From the sequence record MW812342.1: DNA of 64,000 nt. The stretch is one strand, 5' to 3'. The translations under genes and the position numbers were made by a program. This document shows positions 54,575 to 64,000 of this stretch, piece after piece; within the stretch, counting starts at the first letter, position 1; each line of letters opens with the position of its first letter. The notes beneath the pieces were generated by a model. The model ran no database searches. It had not been told where the DNA came from and was given only the letters and a program-made list of their open reading frames with translations.

Positions 54575-56380
54575 ATGGTTATCACCGCTACTGCATCTGA
54601 CCGTTGTGCATCAATTGGCGCATTGCGCGCGAGCGAACCGGTTTTTCCCGGACAACGTATTGATTTGAAAGAATACCGTCAAGGCTCCGGCTTTGGTGGT
54701 GGTTTCTTTATTCACGACGACACCGACACATCTACTCCAGATGATGGCGGCTATTGTGTTGTCACCCCTAAAGGTGCCCGTTGGAAACGCGCACTGAATT
54801 CCCTGCATGAGCTGAACATTTGTCACTTCGGCGCAGAAGGGAACGGAGCGGATACCGCAGACGCGTTCGCGCGGATGATGGCCTTCTCCCAAAAGAACAT
54901 TCCTGGTATGGGCGTACAGTACCCGACCGGTAGCTTTAAACTGTCAAGCTTTGTCAACACAAAAGAGCTGGGTCGCTTCCGCGTTGCGGGTGCCCCGATT
55001 GATGCTGACTATGGTTACTTCACTGGCACCACGCTTTACGGCAACAATGACCAAGAAGGGTTCATCTTCGATATCGTTGCCCGCCGTACTGCCATTTCGA
55101 ATATCAACTTCGAAGGTGCGGTAGACATCAATGCTGCGAGCAATAAGAAGGTCGCCGGTAAGATGGGCTTCCTGCGCAACACCTGTCCGGGTGGCCAGTA
55201 TATCCGTGTGAGTAACTGGACCAGTTCGTACGTGGGTGGTGTGACCTTTAGCATTCTCGATGCGCTGGACACCAAGTTCGACCAGTTCTACGTGTCTAAA
55301 CACACCAACAGCTTCATTCGTGGACGTTGGTCTGGCCAGACGTGGGGTGTGTGGGATCACGAAACCGCTATCGAGCTGAGCAACTTTAACATCCAAAGTT
55401 GTACCGGCCCGCATGCACTTGACCTGCCTCGCGCCACCCAGTCACAAATCACGAACGGTTGGATTGAGCACACCGAGAACCCTGGTGACCTGTCAGATGG
55501 CCATTGGTTGATTGACAACTTCTCCATTGAAGACTCGGGCAAGATGCTGATTCAAAACGCCCGCCTGACGCGTCACCACATCAACCTGCAAGGGACGAGT
55601 GGTTTCGACAAAGGCACGGGCGCATCGAATTGGCCGGGTCTGTCTGGCTACGAGAAGGGCGACCTGCAACTCGAGTATCACGGTATTGAAGTTGCGGGTT
55701 CTATCGCAGCAAAATACTTCTCACCTATCGGGCGTATGGACAACAACAGAGGTTCCTCGCAGTGGTTCTATCTGGGCAGCATCCGCACCACCGGTGTCGG
55801 TGAGAATGTCAAGATTACCCTGCAAGGTACCCGTGGCTACAACGCGGTGAACGCCAGCGAAACCCGTTTGGGTGGCGGTGGCAGTGCACACGGTGCGGGC
55901 ATCATCAGCATCAAAACCGTGTCGTCTAACTACGCTGACGTGCAGTGGGACGGTGAAGGTTCTTGCCCGGTGAAGAACGTTAAGTTCACGAAGCCGTTTA
56001 AGAACACCTGTCACCTGTTCGTTGAACTGTATGACTGGACGCGTTATGTCTCACCGAAGGTTGAGGTTACGTCGAAGTCACGCTTCGAAGCCGGTGTGCC
56101 GTTTGACTTTACTTTCGCGGGAACAACAATCACGCTGGAAGAAATGCAGGCAATGGCGGATGCGCAGACCGTTGCGGCGGGAAGCACGGTGACGCTGAAT
56201 GATGCTGTCACTGGGATGTATCTGGGTGCCAAAAACGGTATCGGTTGGAACGGAAACGGCGAACTGCTGTTACGCTTCGCCCTGACCAACGGTTACCTGC
56301 CGGTGAGGATTACTGATCCAGTCACTGAGCGTGTAACCCAAGGCTACATCAAGGTGGAAACCAGTATTCCGAGCAATTGA
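54575..56380 (+). CDS. amsF: AmsF/WceF-like tailspike-fold (beta-helix) exopolysaccharide-modifying protein / depolymerase
   Basis: GGGFF...DDGGYCVVTPKGARWKR head, FGAEGNG-AD beta-helix start, WDHETAIELSNFNIQ and LDLPRATQS...GWIEH recalled from the AmsF/WceF family. Confidence 0.65.
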   Translation: MVITATASDRCASIGALRASEPVFPGQRIDLKEYRQGSGFGGGFFIHDDTDTSTPDDGGYCVVTPKGARWKRALNSLHELNICHFGAEGNGADTADAFARMMAFSQKNIPGMGVQYPTGSFKLSSFVNTKELGRFRVAGAPIDADYGYFTGTTLYGNNDQEGFIFDIVARRTAISNINFEGAVDINAASNKKVAGKMGFLRNTCPGGQYIRVSNWTSSYVGGVTFSILDALDTKFDQFYVSKHTNSFIRGRWSGQTWGVWDHETAIELSNFNIQSCTGPHALDLPRATQSQITNGWIEHTENPGDLSDGHWLIDNFSIEDSGKMLIQNARLTRHHINLQGTSGFDKGTGASNWPGLSGYEKGDLQLEYHGIEVAGSIAAKYFSPIGRMDNNRGSSQWFYLGSIRTTGVGENVKITLQGTRGYNAVNASETRLGGGGSAHGAGIISIKTVSSNYADVQWDGEGSCPVKNVKFTKPFKNTCHLFVELYDWTRYVSPKVEVTSKSRFEAGVPFDFTFAGTTITLEEMQAMADAQTVAAGSTVTLNDAVTGMYLGAKNGIGWNGNGELLLRFALTNGYLPVRITDPVTERVTQGYIKVETSIPSN

Positions 56381-56385
56381 TTTGT

Positions 56386-56422
56386 GTAGGGCACTTCGGT
56401 GCCCTACCTTTCTTTCTTTTTT
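56386..56422 (+). terminator. Rho-independent terminator
   Basis: GTAGGGCAC-TTCG-GTGCCCTAC plus T-rich tail. Confidence 0.85.
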
Positions 56423-56516
56423 TGTCATGACAAACGGCACCTTTATTATGCTGGCAGGGGGTCTACGTTATTGCGGTAACGCGGGCCTTTGTAAACCTTA
56501 CAACCGAGTTAACGCG

Positions 56517-57311
56517 ATGTCTTTTAAATCCAAACAGAATCTGCTAAAACTCATCAACAAAGAGAACAAAATCTCCCCGGAGCTGACGTTCGATGATGTT
56601 GATATCTCTCTGCCGGAGGTGGTTTCAGTCGATGGCCGTGACTCGAAGGTAGTTCTGACCTCGAAGTTATCGGGCGACGCGGGTGAGCAAATGGAGGTGT
56701 TTTATCACCGCCGTGACTTACCCGACTATATACTGGGCGATGTGACGTTCGATAGAGAAGATGTGTTTACGACACACGACTTTATTCCTGCGCTTAATCA
56801 ACGCTACGGCTTGAATCTGCTTCCGGACGACTTGGAAGACTTGCCCGTCTCAGGGAATGCGCACACTGTTATTGCAGAAGCGCTCTCCCATGAATGGCGT
56901 GGGCAGGTTACCCTTAATATCGTCGTTGGGGTGCCGTTAGCCGATGTGATACCAAATACGCAGTTGGATGGTTTGCTTTACCCTGACCACCAAGACGTGA
57001 GTGTGGGTCAAGCCTCACTCTACTCGTATGACGTTGATGCATCCTCGCTTAAATCGTGGATTCCTTCACTGCAAGCCGGTAACGCCGACATGGCCGCTTT
57101 TGCGAAAGCGTTCTCAACGGTCGTGCCGGAATTGTGGGTAGGGACAAACGATGCGGTGCCTTACAACCTTCAACAGGCGGGTTACTTGTATTACAAAGAA
57201 ACCGCCAAAGTGGTCGGTGCTAACCCGGCGTTTAAATACGTCTTAGGGTTGGAGCTGAGCCCGCTGTGTACCAACTTCCAAGGTACGCTGAACCTGTACT
57301 TTAACAACTAG
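56517..57311 (+). CDS. tail/baseplate-fibre paralog 1
   Basis: ATG at 56517 (MSFKSKQNLLKLINKEN); family motifs YHRRDL, LNQRYGLNL, LDGLLYP, GTLNLYFN. Confidence 0.7.
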   Translation: MSFKSKQNLLKLINKENKISPELTFDDVDISLPEVVSVDGRDSKVVLTSKLSGDAGEQMEVFYHRRDLPDYILGDVTFDREDVFTTHDFIPALNQRYGLNLLPDDLEDLPVSGNAHTVIAEALSHEWRGQVTLNIVVGVPLADVIPNTQLDGLLYPDHQDVSVGQASLYSYDVDASSLKSWIPSLQAGNADMAAFAKAFSTVVPELWVGTNDAVPYNLQQAGYLYYKETAKVVGANPAFKYVLGLELSPLCTNFQGTLNLYFNN

Positions 57312-57320
57312 GGGGTATAA

Positions 57321-58166
57321 GTGTCTATCTACGATAAGCCCTCACGGGAAATGTTGTTAGAGGCGATTAACCGGGATAATAACCTGACAGGGAGTAAAGC
57401 CCTGACATGGAATCAAATTGCGTCCGGTTTTCCCGAGGTCATCCAGTCAGAAGGCGCGCAACGGAATACCCGCGTTTTACTGTACGGCCTGAACGGACAG
57501 GGATATAAAGGCAATGTCACGATCGAATACGACCGTATCGATATGCCGACGTTGTTCCGCGGCGTAGTGCCGGTGGTGATTACCGACCCCGTTGGTAAAC
57601 TCTCCGAACTGCTGCCGTTTCTGAATGAAAAATATGGACTTTCATTAATCCCAGACGACATCGTCGACCAGTCTGTGAAAGACTTAGGTGAAAGTTGGGT
57701 ATTGGATGTCCAAGTCAAAAACGGCTGTCTGGCATGGCAGGGTGGGTTTACACTTCGTTTCGCGAAGTTCGTGCCTAACCTCAAGGATGTTGTGACCGAC
57801 GTTGACCTGAGTGTCATCGTTGCGCCGTATACGCTCGGCCCCAAACCGCAGGCGGAATACGTGACATACGGTTACGACTGGACAGAAATCAAAGACACCT
57901 TAACGAAAGACTGGCTCTACAACCGGACATTAACTGCCGCGGACGTTGACCTGTTGAACGAGGTGGTGCCGTTGAATTTTGTCTATGCACCGCCCGCCAG
58001 CGTCAAGCCGGGTCAAATCGGGCTGTTTGGTGCCGTGTATAAAGGGCTGGTTACACCAACCGGAAAAGACATGTACGACAATGCGTATACGCGGGTCGGC
58101 ATTATTCAGTTGGATAAAGACAGCAACTATACGGGCAATCTCATCCTTCACTTCCAACCAGTATAA
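57321..58166 (+). CDS. tail/baseplate-fibre paralog 2
   Basis: LLEAINRDN, RNTRV, GYKG, YDR, LNEKYGL, GNLILHF. Confidence 0.75.
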   Translation: MSIYDKPSREMLLEAINRDNNLTGSKALTWNQIASGFPEVIQSEGAQRNTRVLLYGLNGQGYKGNVTIEYDRIDMPTLFRGVVPVVITDPVGKLSELLPFLNEKYGLSLIPDDIVDQSVKDLGESWVLDVQVKNGCLAWQGGFTLRFAKFVPNLKDVVTDVDLSVIVAPYTLGPKPQAEYVTYGYDWTEIKDTLTKDWLYNRTLTAADVDLLNEVVPLNFVYAPPASVKPGQIGLFGAVYKGLVTPTGKDMYDNAYTRVGIIQLDKDSNYTGNLILHFQPV

Positions 58167-58175
58167 GGGTGCCGC

Positions 58176-59030
58176 ATGCCTATCTTAGCCACAGCGGAGC
58201 AGCTCATTCTGGCGGAGCTGAATGTCGAGAACAAGCTCGACCTGAAAGAAACTGACGTTGTCTTCGGGATACCCCAGATACCGACAGAGCCAGACGATGT
58301 CGCCCTTGCCAACGGGCATAATGCAATGGTGCGTGTCACGGCGACACCGCTTGCCAATGCAATGGGCCACACCGTGGTGTTTTACGACCGGCTTGCATTC
58401 GATGAGATGTTCACCGGACTGGACGGCATTCAACCCTTATCGGTACCTGCGCGTTTGGACACCGCGTTTACCTCACACGACATCGTGCCGTTGATTAACC
58501 AGTATTACGGGTTAAAGCTTCGGACGTCGGACGTTGAGCGGACGGATATCGATCGTAGTGCGTGGGTCGTTCGGTTGGTTGCCCATCCAGATTCCTTGGG
58601 ATGGATTGGTGAGTTGGATGTGAAGCTAACGCCGGGCGATGCATTAATCCCGAGTAACTTCGACCCTGACACACTGAAACCGTATTCTTACCCGTATTTC
58701 AACACCAGAGTCGGGCAAGGGGCGGTGTACAGCTACCCGTGGCGATTTGACGATTACGCGATTGAGTTACGCAACTTTGGCATTAATGCCACCGAGGCGT
58801 TCCGCACCCGTATGGCGCAAATCATGAAGACGGTAACCGGTGATGGTTGGATTGTTTACCGTAACCCGATTGAGTATAACTTGAAGGAAGCGGAGATTGT
58901 CTATAACGGCAAGAACAGTGCCGCTTATCCGACGAACCCGTCGTACGACAACGTGCTGGTCATCGAACTCTCGTTGTATTGCATCAATCTCGGTGGGCGT
59001 ATGTACATCCACTACAACGACCCTGAATAA
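58176..59030 (+). CDS. tail/baseplate-fibre paralog 3
   Basis: Same architecture; ends GRMYIHYN. Confidence 0.75.
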   Translation: MPILATAEQLILAELNVENKLDLKETDVVFGIPQIPTEPDDVALANGHNAMVRVTATPLANAMGHTVVFYDRLAFDEMFTGLDGIQPLSVPARLDTAFTSHDIVPLINQYYGLKLRTSDVERTDIDRSAWVVRLVAHPDSLGWIGELDVKLTPGDALIPSNFDPDTLKPYSYPYFNTRVGQGAVYSYPWRFDDYAIELRNFGINATEAFRTRMAQIMKTVTGDGWIVYRNPIEYNLKEAEIVYNGKNSAAYPTNPSYDNVLVIELSLYCINLGGRMYIHYNDPE

Positions 59031-59050
59031 GCCTCCTAAAGGACGTTAGA

Positions 59051-59965
59051 ATGAAACCTTTAAACAAAACCTCCGACCTTCTGGTTCTGGATCTCATCAA
59101 CGAGAAAAACCCGCAGGCGAACCTGCCGCTGACGAAAGTCATCCTGAACGCCCCGGCGGTGAACGAGGGTGATGACAAAGCGGACCGCAACACCCGTATG
59201 ACCGTAAAGGCGCGTAAGAACTCCGGCTACATCGGTACACAGGACGTGACGTACGACCGTCTGGTCGGCGAAAACCTGTTCCTGAACGTGACCGCGTATC
59301 TGGACGTGAAAGAACCGAAAACCACGACCGACCTGCTGACCAAACTGAACGAGCAGTACGGCCTGAAAATCACCGAAGATGACATCATCCCGGCGAGCAT
59401 CCCAGACGGTACCAACCCACCGCTGACCAACCCGGACGATCCCGATCCTATCCCGGTTGACCACATCGTGCAGTTCAAAGACGACTGCTACGCGTACCTC
59501 GGTAACATCCCGGTGAAAATCGGTGCCAAGCCGCAGGTGGGTGAGCGTCTGAGCCTCGTCATTACTCAGACCCAGCTGGACGGTCTGAAATACCCGGATG
59601 CGCCGCAGGACGGCAAAGGTCAGGCGTACATCTACTCCTACGGCGTAGACTGCTCACCGATCTCCAAGTTCCTGAACGCACAAGCACCGGGTGTGCTGGC
59701 GAACGATACCGCCTTTGCGGTTGAGCTGAACAAAGTCGTGCCTGAGCTGTGGATTTCCGAAGACGCCCTGAAGGACTACAACCTGAAAGGTGCGGACGTG
59801 AAATACGTGGGTCTGACTGACGATGACGGTACAGCGACCGGTACTGATCCGAAGGTGCCTGTCCCTGGTGCGAACCAGAACTACAGCCACGTTATGTTGC
59901 TGGAGCTGGATGACACCAAATGCTCTAACTTCACCGGTACCATGTTCTTGCACTTCAACGCTTAA
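59051..59965 (+). CDS. tail/baseplate-fibre paralog 4 (strong codon bias, likely highest copy number)
   Basis: Same architecture; Pro/Asp-rich insertions; ends GTMFLHFN. Confidence 0.75.
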   Translation: MKPLNKTSDLLVLDLINEKNPQANLPLTKVILNAPAVNEGDDKADRNTRMTVKARKNSGYIGTQDVTYDRLVGENLFLNVTAYLDVKEPKTTTDLLTKLNEQYGLKITEDDIIPASIPDGTNPPLTNPDDPDPIPVDHIVQFKDDCYAYLGNIPVKIGAKPQVGERLSLVITQTQLDGLKYPDAPQDGKGQAYIYSYGVDCSPISKFLNAQAPGVLANDTAFAVELNKVVPELWISEDALKDYNLKGADVKYVGLTDDDGTATGTDPKVPVPGANQNYSHVMLLELDDTKCSNFTGTMFLHFNA

Positions 59966-59975
59966 CGGCGCGCTG

Positions 59976-60015
59976 GGAGGAGGCCAATCCTCCTCCTGGC
60001 TCCGTTTTCTTTTTT
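59976..60015 (+). terminator. probable terminator
   Basis: GGAGGAGG-ccaat-CCTCCTCC followed by T-rich tract. Confidence 0.6.
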
Positions 60016-60034
60016 ATCTGCCGAGGAGTCTGCT

Positions 60035-60874
60035 ATGGCGATTTATAGTCAGTCTCAGCGACAATATCTGTACGATGCGATTAACGCGGAGAACCCCGGT
60101 GCGATTACACCCGCTGGGTTTGCTAATGCCCTGATTGGGGAGCCGCGGGCGATTACACCGACAGTGAATGGTGGTGCCAATACCGAGATTACCCTGCGGG
60201 GACGTCAAGGTCGTGGCTATGTTGGCGGACAAACTTACCGCTACACTCGCCTGTCGTTGAATGACTTGTTCAAGAACATCGTGCCACAGGTAACATCCCC
60301 TAACGCTTACGGGTACCTTTATACTCAGGCGAGCAAGTTAGCGTTTACACAAAACGTGAATGCGCGCTATGGGTTAAACCTCGAGCCGGAAGATATTCCT
60401 GATGTGTACGTGTACCTGAACCAAAAGAACACCGTGAATGTGTTGAAGACCTGTGTGCAGTATACCGGGGGGATTACCTTTGAGTCTGTGCGCGGCAAAA
60501 ACAGTTTGGAAGAAGCCATTCTAGATGACATCTTAAAAGAGATGAACCATCCTATTCCGACCACCGATAAGAAGCTGTGCGCGACGTTGCTCTCGTACGG
60601 GTTTGATTTCACCGATGAGCCGCAGGTCATGCAGGCGTTCGTTAACGGCCGTATGGATGTCGGGGCAAACTTCACCAGTGGTGCGTCTGACAACCTGATT
60701 ACGCTGTTAACCAGTCGAGGTCTTCCGGCGTTCGACTACACGAAAGCCACGATTACACGTCTAAAAACAACGGCCGAAAGCCGTGCGAACACTGCCTACG
60801 ATAACGTGCTTGTTATCACCGGGTATACCGACGGTTCTGTGGGTGGCGATTGGCTGCTGCACTACAACAACTAG
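60035..60874 (+). CDS. tail/baseplate-fibre paralog 5
   Basis: Same architecture; ends GDWLLHYN. Confidence 0.75.
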   Translation: MAIYSQSQRQYLYDAINAENPGAITPAGFANALIGEPRAITPTVNGGANTEITLRGRQGRGYVGGQTYRYTRLSLNDLFKNIVPQVTSPNAYGYLYTQASKLAFTQNVNARYGLNLEPEDIPDVYVYLNQKNTVNVLKTCVQYTGGITFESVRGKNSLEEAILDDILKEMNHPIPTTDKKLCATLLSYGFDFTDEPQVMQAFVNGRMDVGANFTSGASDNLITLLTSRGLPAFDYTKATITRLKTTAESRANTAYDNVLVITGYTDGSVGGDWLLHYNN

Positions 60875-60883
60875 GAATAAATC

Positions 60884-61771
60884 ATGGCAATTTATCAACC
60901 CTCTAAGGACGTTCTGCTGGCGGCGATTAACGCCCAGAACTCCATTAAGGTGAAAGCCACTGACATTGTGTACAGTGCGCCCAAAGACATCAGTGGGACC
61001 GACAAAGGCATCACCACTAACCGCAACACCCAAATCAAGGTAACGGCGGACGGCGTGGTAGGTTCGACTTGGTCGGGTAAAAAGAACGTTTACTACAACC
61101 GTCGCAATTTAGCTGACCTGCTCGTCCTGTTGGGTGACAGCATCTATATCGGTCCGTCGAACAAAACGTTGTTTGCGGCAATTCCGGCGATGAACCTGCG
61201 TTACGGGTTTGTGTTTGAAGAAGCGGACTTCGTCGATGCGCCGATCGAGTGGAACGGTGACTTGACGGCGGGTACCGTACGTCTGCGTGCTAACGCAGCA
61301 TCACTCGGCTGGTACGGTCAGGCTGACTTCAAAGTCCTGAAAGGCGACGAATCCCTGCCGTCGAAAGTGACTGCCAACGTTCTGTCAGGTTTGAAATACC
61401 CGAACGGTCAAATGGGTTCCGAAAACGTGACTGCAACCATGGCGGAAGTTTACTCGTATCCGTTCGACTTCACACAGTCGCATGATAAACTGGTCGCGCT
61501 GCCGATCGGTGTTGCAACCGGCGATACCCTGTCTACGCTGGTCAATGTAATGAACGCGGTGACGGGCGGTGCGTGGGATACCACCAACGGCGCAACATGG
61601 GGTCTGTCAGGTGCCGAGATTCTGTCTATCGGTGCGAACGACGCGACCACTATGCCGACCAACGGCAAGTACCAGAAAGTGTTGAGGCTGAAACTGCCTG
61701 CTACCAACACTGCGGTCGTAGGTACGATGTATCTGCAATTCAATAAACCTGATGACCCGAACGAGGTGTAA
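60884..61771 (+). CDS. tail/baseplate-fibre paralog 6
   Basis: Same architecture; ends GTMYLQFN. Confidence 0.75.
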   Translation: MAIYQPSKDVLLAAINAQNSIKVKATDIVYSAPKDISGTDKGITTNRNTQIKVTADGVVGSTWSGKKNVYYNRRNLADLLVLLGDSIYIGPSNKTLFAAIPAMNLRYGFVFEEADFVDAPIEWNGDLTAGTVRLRANAASLGWYGQADFKVLKGDESLPSKVTANVLSGLKYPNGQMGSENVTATMAEVYSYPFDFTQSHDKLVALPIGVATGDTLSTLVNVMNAVTGGAWDTTNGATWGLSGAEILSIGANDATTMPTNGKYQKVLRLKLPATNTAVVGTMYLQFNKPDDPNEV

Positions 61772-61774
61772 TCC

Positions 61775-62617
61775 ATGTCACTGAACTATGGTAAAATCTC
61801 CGACCTTCTGGTCTTTGATTTAATTAACCGCGACAACCCCGACCTGCCGTATCCTGTCGATGCGAATAACGTCATCATCGAGAAGATTACGCAGGTGACG
61901 CCGAACGCGGCAAACAACAACCGTAACACGTCGGCCCGTTTACGCGGGCAGCAGCAGGCGGGTTTCCGTGACACCATCACAGTGTATTACGATCGTATCA
62001 ACATCGACCGTATTCTGCCGTGGTGGAAGCTCGGTAGCTCTACCCGTACGGCTACCTCGATTGTGAACTTTACTGCCGCGTCAATTCACGAGCTGCTGCC
62101 ATCGTTCCTCGATAAGTACGGAATTAACCTGCAACCGAAGGATATCCAGAACGGGTCGCTGCCGTATGCCAGCAACCCGAACCAAGCGTACAACTACAAT
62201 ATCATCATACTCGCCACATCTCCGGCCTATGTTGGTTCATCTGTTGGGCGACTGGATCGCGGTTTGCCGGTACTGGATACATCGATTACGGTTGATGTGT
62301 TAACGGAACTGAATCACCCGATTCCGTTGACGAACCAGAAGTGTGTGGATTTGCACACCTTCGGCATCGACTTTACGGCATACAAGAATATGCTGACGGT
62401 CAACGCGGCAGGATTGCCGAACTGGGCAGGGCTGCGGGCGCTGTTGGATTCGTTAGGTGTTCCGGCGTACTCTGCGCCACTGAACAGTAACTACGTGTCT
62501 GACGTCGCAACCAGCACTGCGCAATACGCCAATAAGGATTTTGACCGTGTGGTGATTCAAACCGGCATCGATGAAACTGGAGCGAAGGGCGTCGCTTACT
62601 ACCACTACAACAACTAA
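61775..62617 (+). CDS. tail/baseplate-fibre paralog 7
   Basis: Same architecture; ends GVAYYHYN. Confidence 0.75.
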   Translation: MSLNYGKISDLLVFDLINRDNPDLPYPVDANNVIIEKITQVTPNAANNNRNTSARLRGQQQAGFRDTITVYYDRINIDRILPWWKLGSSTRTATSIVNFTAASIHELLPSFLDKYGINLQPKDIQNGSLPYASNPNQAYNYNIIILATSPAYVGSSVGRLDRGLPVLDTSITVDVLTELNHPIPLTNQKCVDLHTFGIDFTAYKNMLTVNAAGLPNWAGLRALLDSLGVPAYSAPLNSNYVSDVATSTAQYANKDFDRVVIQTGIDETGAKGVAYYHYNN

Positions 62618-62620
62618 AAC

Positions 62621-62648
62621 GGAAGGGCCAACCGGCCCTTCTTTTTTT
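62621..62648 (+). terminator. Rho-independent terminator
   Basis: GGAAGGGCC-AACC-GGCCCTTCC plus T run. Confidence 0.85.
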
Positions 62649-62674
62649 GTTCGCGGTGGTTATTAGGAGCCATT

Positions 62675-64000
62675 ATGCAATTCTATTCCGAAGCGGCGCT
62701 ACAACTTATATACCGTCAGGTGAACCGCGATAACCCTAATCTTCCTGTACCCATTAGCGACGACACCGTCGCCGTTAAAGACACGGTCAAGTCAGCGGGT
62801 AGCGGTGCGGTACGTAACAGCACCATTACCGTGGTCGGGAAACCGGGTCGGGGGTACTACGGTAAGACTTTGTTATACTTTGACCGCGTGCAGTTGCCAT
62901 ACCTGTTCTTCTCAACGCTCCGGCCGATGATTTACTTGCCCAAAACGGTCACCACGTTACAGGCGGCGTTGCCGTACATTAACAGTACCCTCGGGATTAC
63001 ATTAACGATCGATGATTTAGCGACACCGACAACTGTTCTGTCGCCGACCAGCACACCGACGAATATTTCAGTTGGTATCTCGGGCAACTCCCCTGCGTTT
63101 ATCGGGCCATTGCATTTCAGCTACCAGCTGGAACGAGGTAAGTATTACGCCGCATCAGGGCCCGGCCCGAAATACCTGCTCTTGGGTGATGAGAACTTTG
63201 GGTACTTTGGCAAAGTCACCACCGCGGAGATGTTCACGAACTTAGAACTCTGGAACGTTACGCTTGCGGGCAAAGGTACAACCGCGCAACGTCAATTCTT
63301 CGTGGAAGGGTGGTTCAAGTTCTTCTATAAAGGCAACGTGATTTTCATGCCTCAAGGCCCAACGGCCAGCAACCTCAGTTGGAATGACTTGTATAATCTG
63401 GGTTACATGTACGGTATCGATGGGGTAGGGAAATACCCGACGACCACACCGGTAAGTCAGTTAAGACAAATCAGTCTGAACAAAGCAGGGGTGACGTCTT
63501 ATTTCCGCTTGCGTACGCCGAGGGCTTCATTAAACGAACCGGATGCGTACTTCGTCGGACGTCCGGGTACCGGTAACTACGCAGGTTCAGAATTGGAGCT
63601 GTTAACCCGCTTGTTCTCCGGCGGCGAATGGGGGAATGAAAACGGGTCGCAGTGGGGTCAATGGTGTATGATGCAGGACACCATCAGCTCTAACCCATCA
63701 ACGAGTTTCCGTACTTCTACAATGACGGGCACCAACTGGTCGGTGGGCACAAAATCCGGCGCAGGGTCTTCGCAGTATTGGTGGCCGGTACTGGAGTTGA
63801 TTGACCTTAACAGTGCACTGGTGCCAACCGAGTCGGTGATCGGTCGTCTTGAGAATACACTGGCTCCTGTAGTTGGCACTGCCAACTTAACCGAAGGATT
63901 GTCCCCAGTCAGTATGGGTGTACCGAAGACGGTTGAGTTCTCGCCGGTAAGCGCGCAAGCATCGACGATTTCAGAACTCCACCCGCTCGTGTTGGGACTG
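62675..64000 (+). CDS. tail paralog 8, longer variant, truncated by the window end (not in ORF track)
   Basis: Manual translation MQFYSEAALQLIYRQVNRDNPNLP...RNSTITVVGKPGRGYYG...FDRV; AGGAG RBS; continues into a different domain (GPGPKYLLLGDENFGYFG). Confidence 0.75.
   Translation, partial: MQFYSEAALQLIYRQVNRDNPNLPVPISDDTVAVKDTVKSAGSGAVRNSTITVVGKPGRGYYGKTLLYFDRVQLPYLFFSTLRPMIYLPKTVTTLQAALPYINSTLGITLTIDDLATPTTVLSPTSTPTNISVGISGNSPAFIGPLHFSYQLERGKYYAASGPGPKYLLLGDENFGYFGKVTTAEMFTNLELWNVTLAGKGTTAQRQFFVEGWFKFFYKGNVIFMPQGPTASNLSWNDLYNLGYMYGIDGVGKYPTTTPVSQLRQISLNKAGVTSYFRLRTPRASLNEPDAYFVGRPGTGNYAGSELELLTRLFSGGEWGNENGSQWGQWCMMQDTISSNPSTSFRTSTMTGTNWSVGTKSGAGSSQYWWPVLELIDLNSALVPTESVIGRLENTLAPVVGTANLTEGLSPVSMGVPKTVEFSPVSAQASTISELHPLVLGL

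Noticed and set aside
56382-56516. N-terminal extension of the first tail paralog in the ORF track
   Set aside because: It runs through the amsF terminator; paralog alignment places the start at 56517.
56517-64000. Possible diversity-generating retroelement or invertible tail-fibre cassette
   Set aside because: No reverse transcriptase, recombinase, template repeat or inverted repeats seen; paralogs are old and divergent.
1-64000. tRNA, rRNA, CRISPR arrays, inteins, group I introns, homing endonucleases, alternative genetic code
   Set aside because: No tRNA T-loop/cloverleaf, repeat-spacer array, intein or HNH/LAGLIDADG motifs noticed by eye; core genes are intact under the standard code. 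tRNAscan/Infernal were not run.

Overview
The window is a 64 kb segment of a phiKZ-like (Chimalliviridae, nucleus-forming) jumbo phage. It most resembles the SPN3US/Erwinia jumbo-phage group, and an AmsF/WceF-like gene suggests an Erwiniaceae or other Enterobacterales host. All calls come from motif recognition and synteny by eye; no searches were run. About 0.4-26 kb is the conserved core: virion proteins, DnaB-like helicase, major capsid protein (AxE maturation site ATE at residue 130), non-virion RNAP beta-like subunit, portal, baseplate-type proteins and RuvC. About 26-54 kb is accessory. It holds five GNAT-fold genes (three as a tandem-GNAT paralog set with dam inserted among them), a stand-alone SLOG protein, an ejection-type head protein, Tmk, XRE-HTH and Zn-finger genes, an HslV-like Ntn protease, an HslU ATPase with a remodelled I-domain and no docking tail, two apparently inactive prohead-protease paralogs, tiny 2-TM proteins, and a QueC-like PP-loop enzyme overlapping a DUF488-like gene. 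From 54.5 kb to the end are an AmsF/WceF-like tailspike-fold gene and at least 8 paralogous tail proteins. A recurrent AGATA-N5-TATCT / TATATTAC early-promoter motif (8 copies) and many UUCG terminators punctuate the window. No tRNA, rRNA, CRISPR array, intein or intron was recognised. The strongest candidates for undescribed systems are the GNAT-Dam-GNAT-GNAT operon and the HslV/HslU/pseudo-protease/small-membrane-protein proteolysis cluster.
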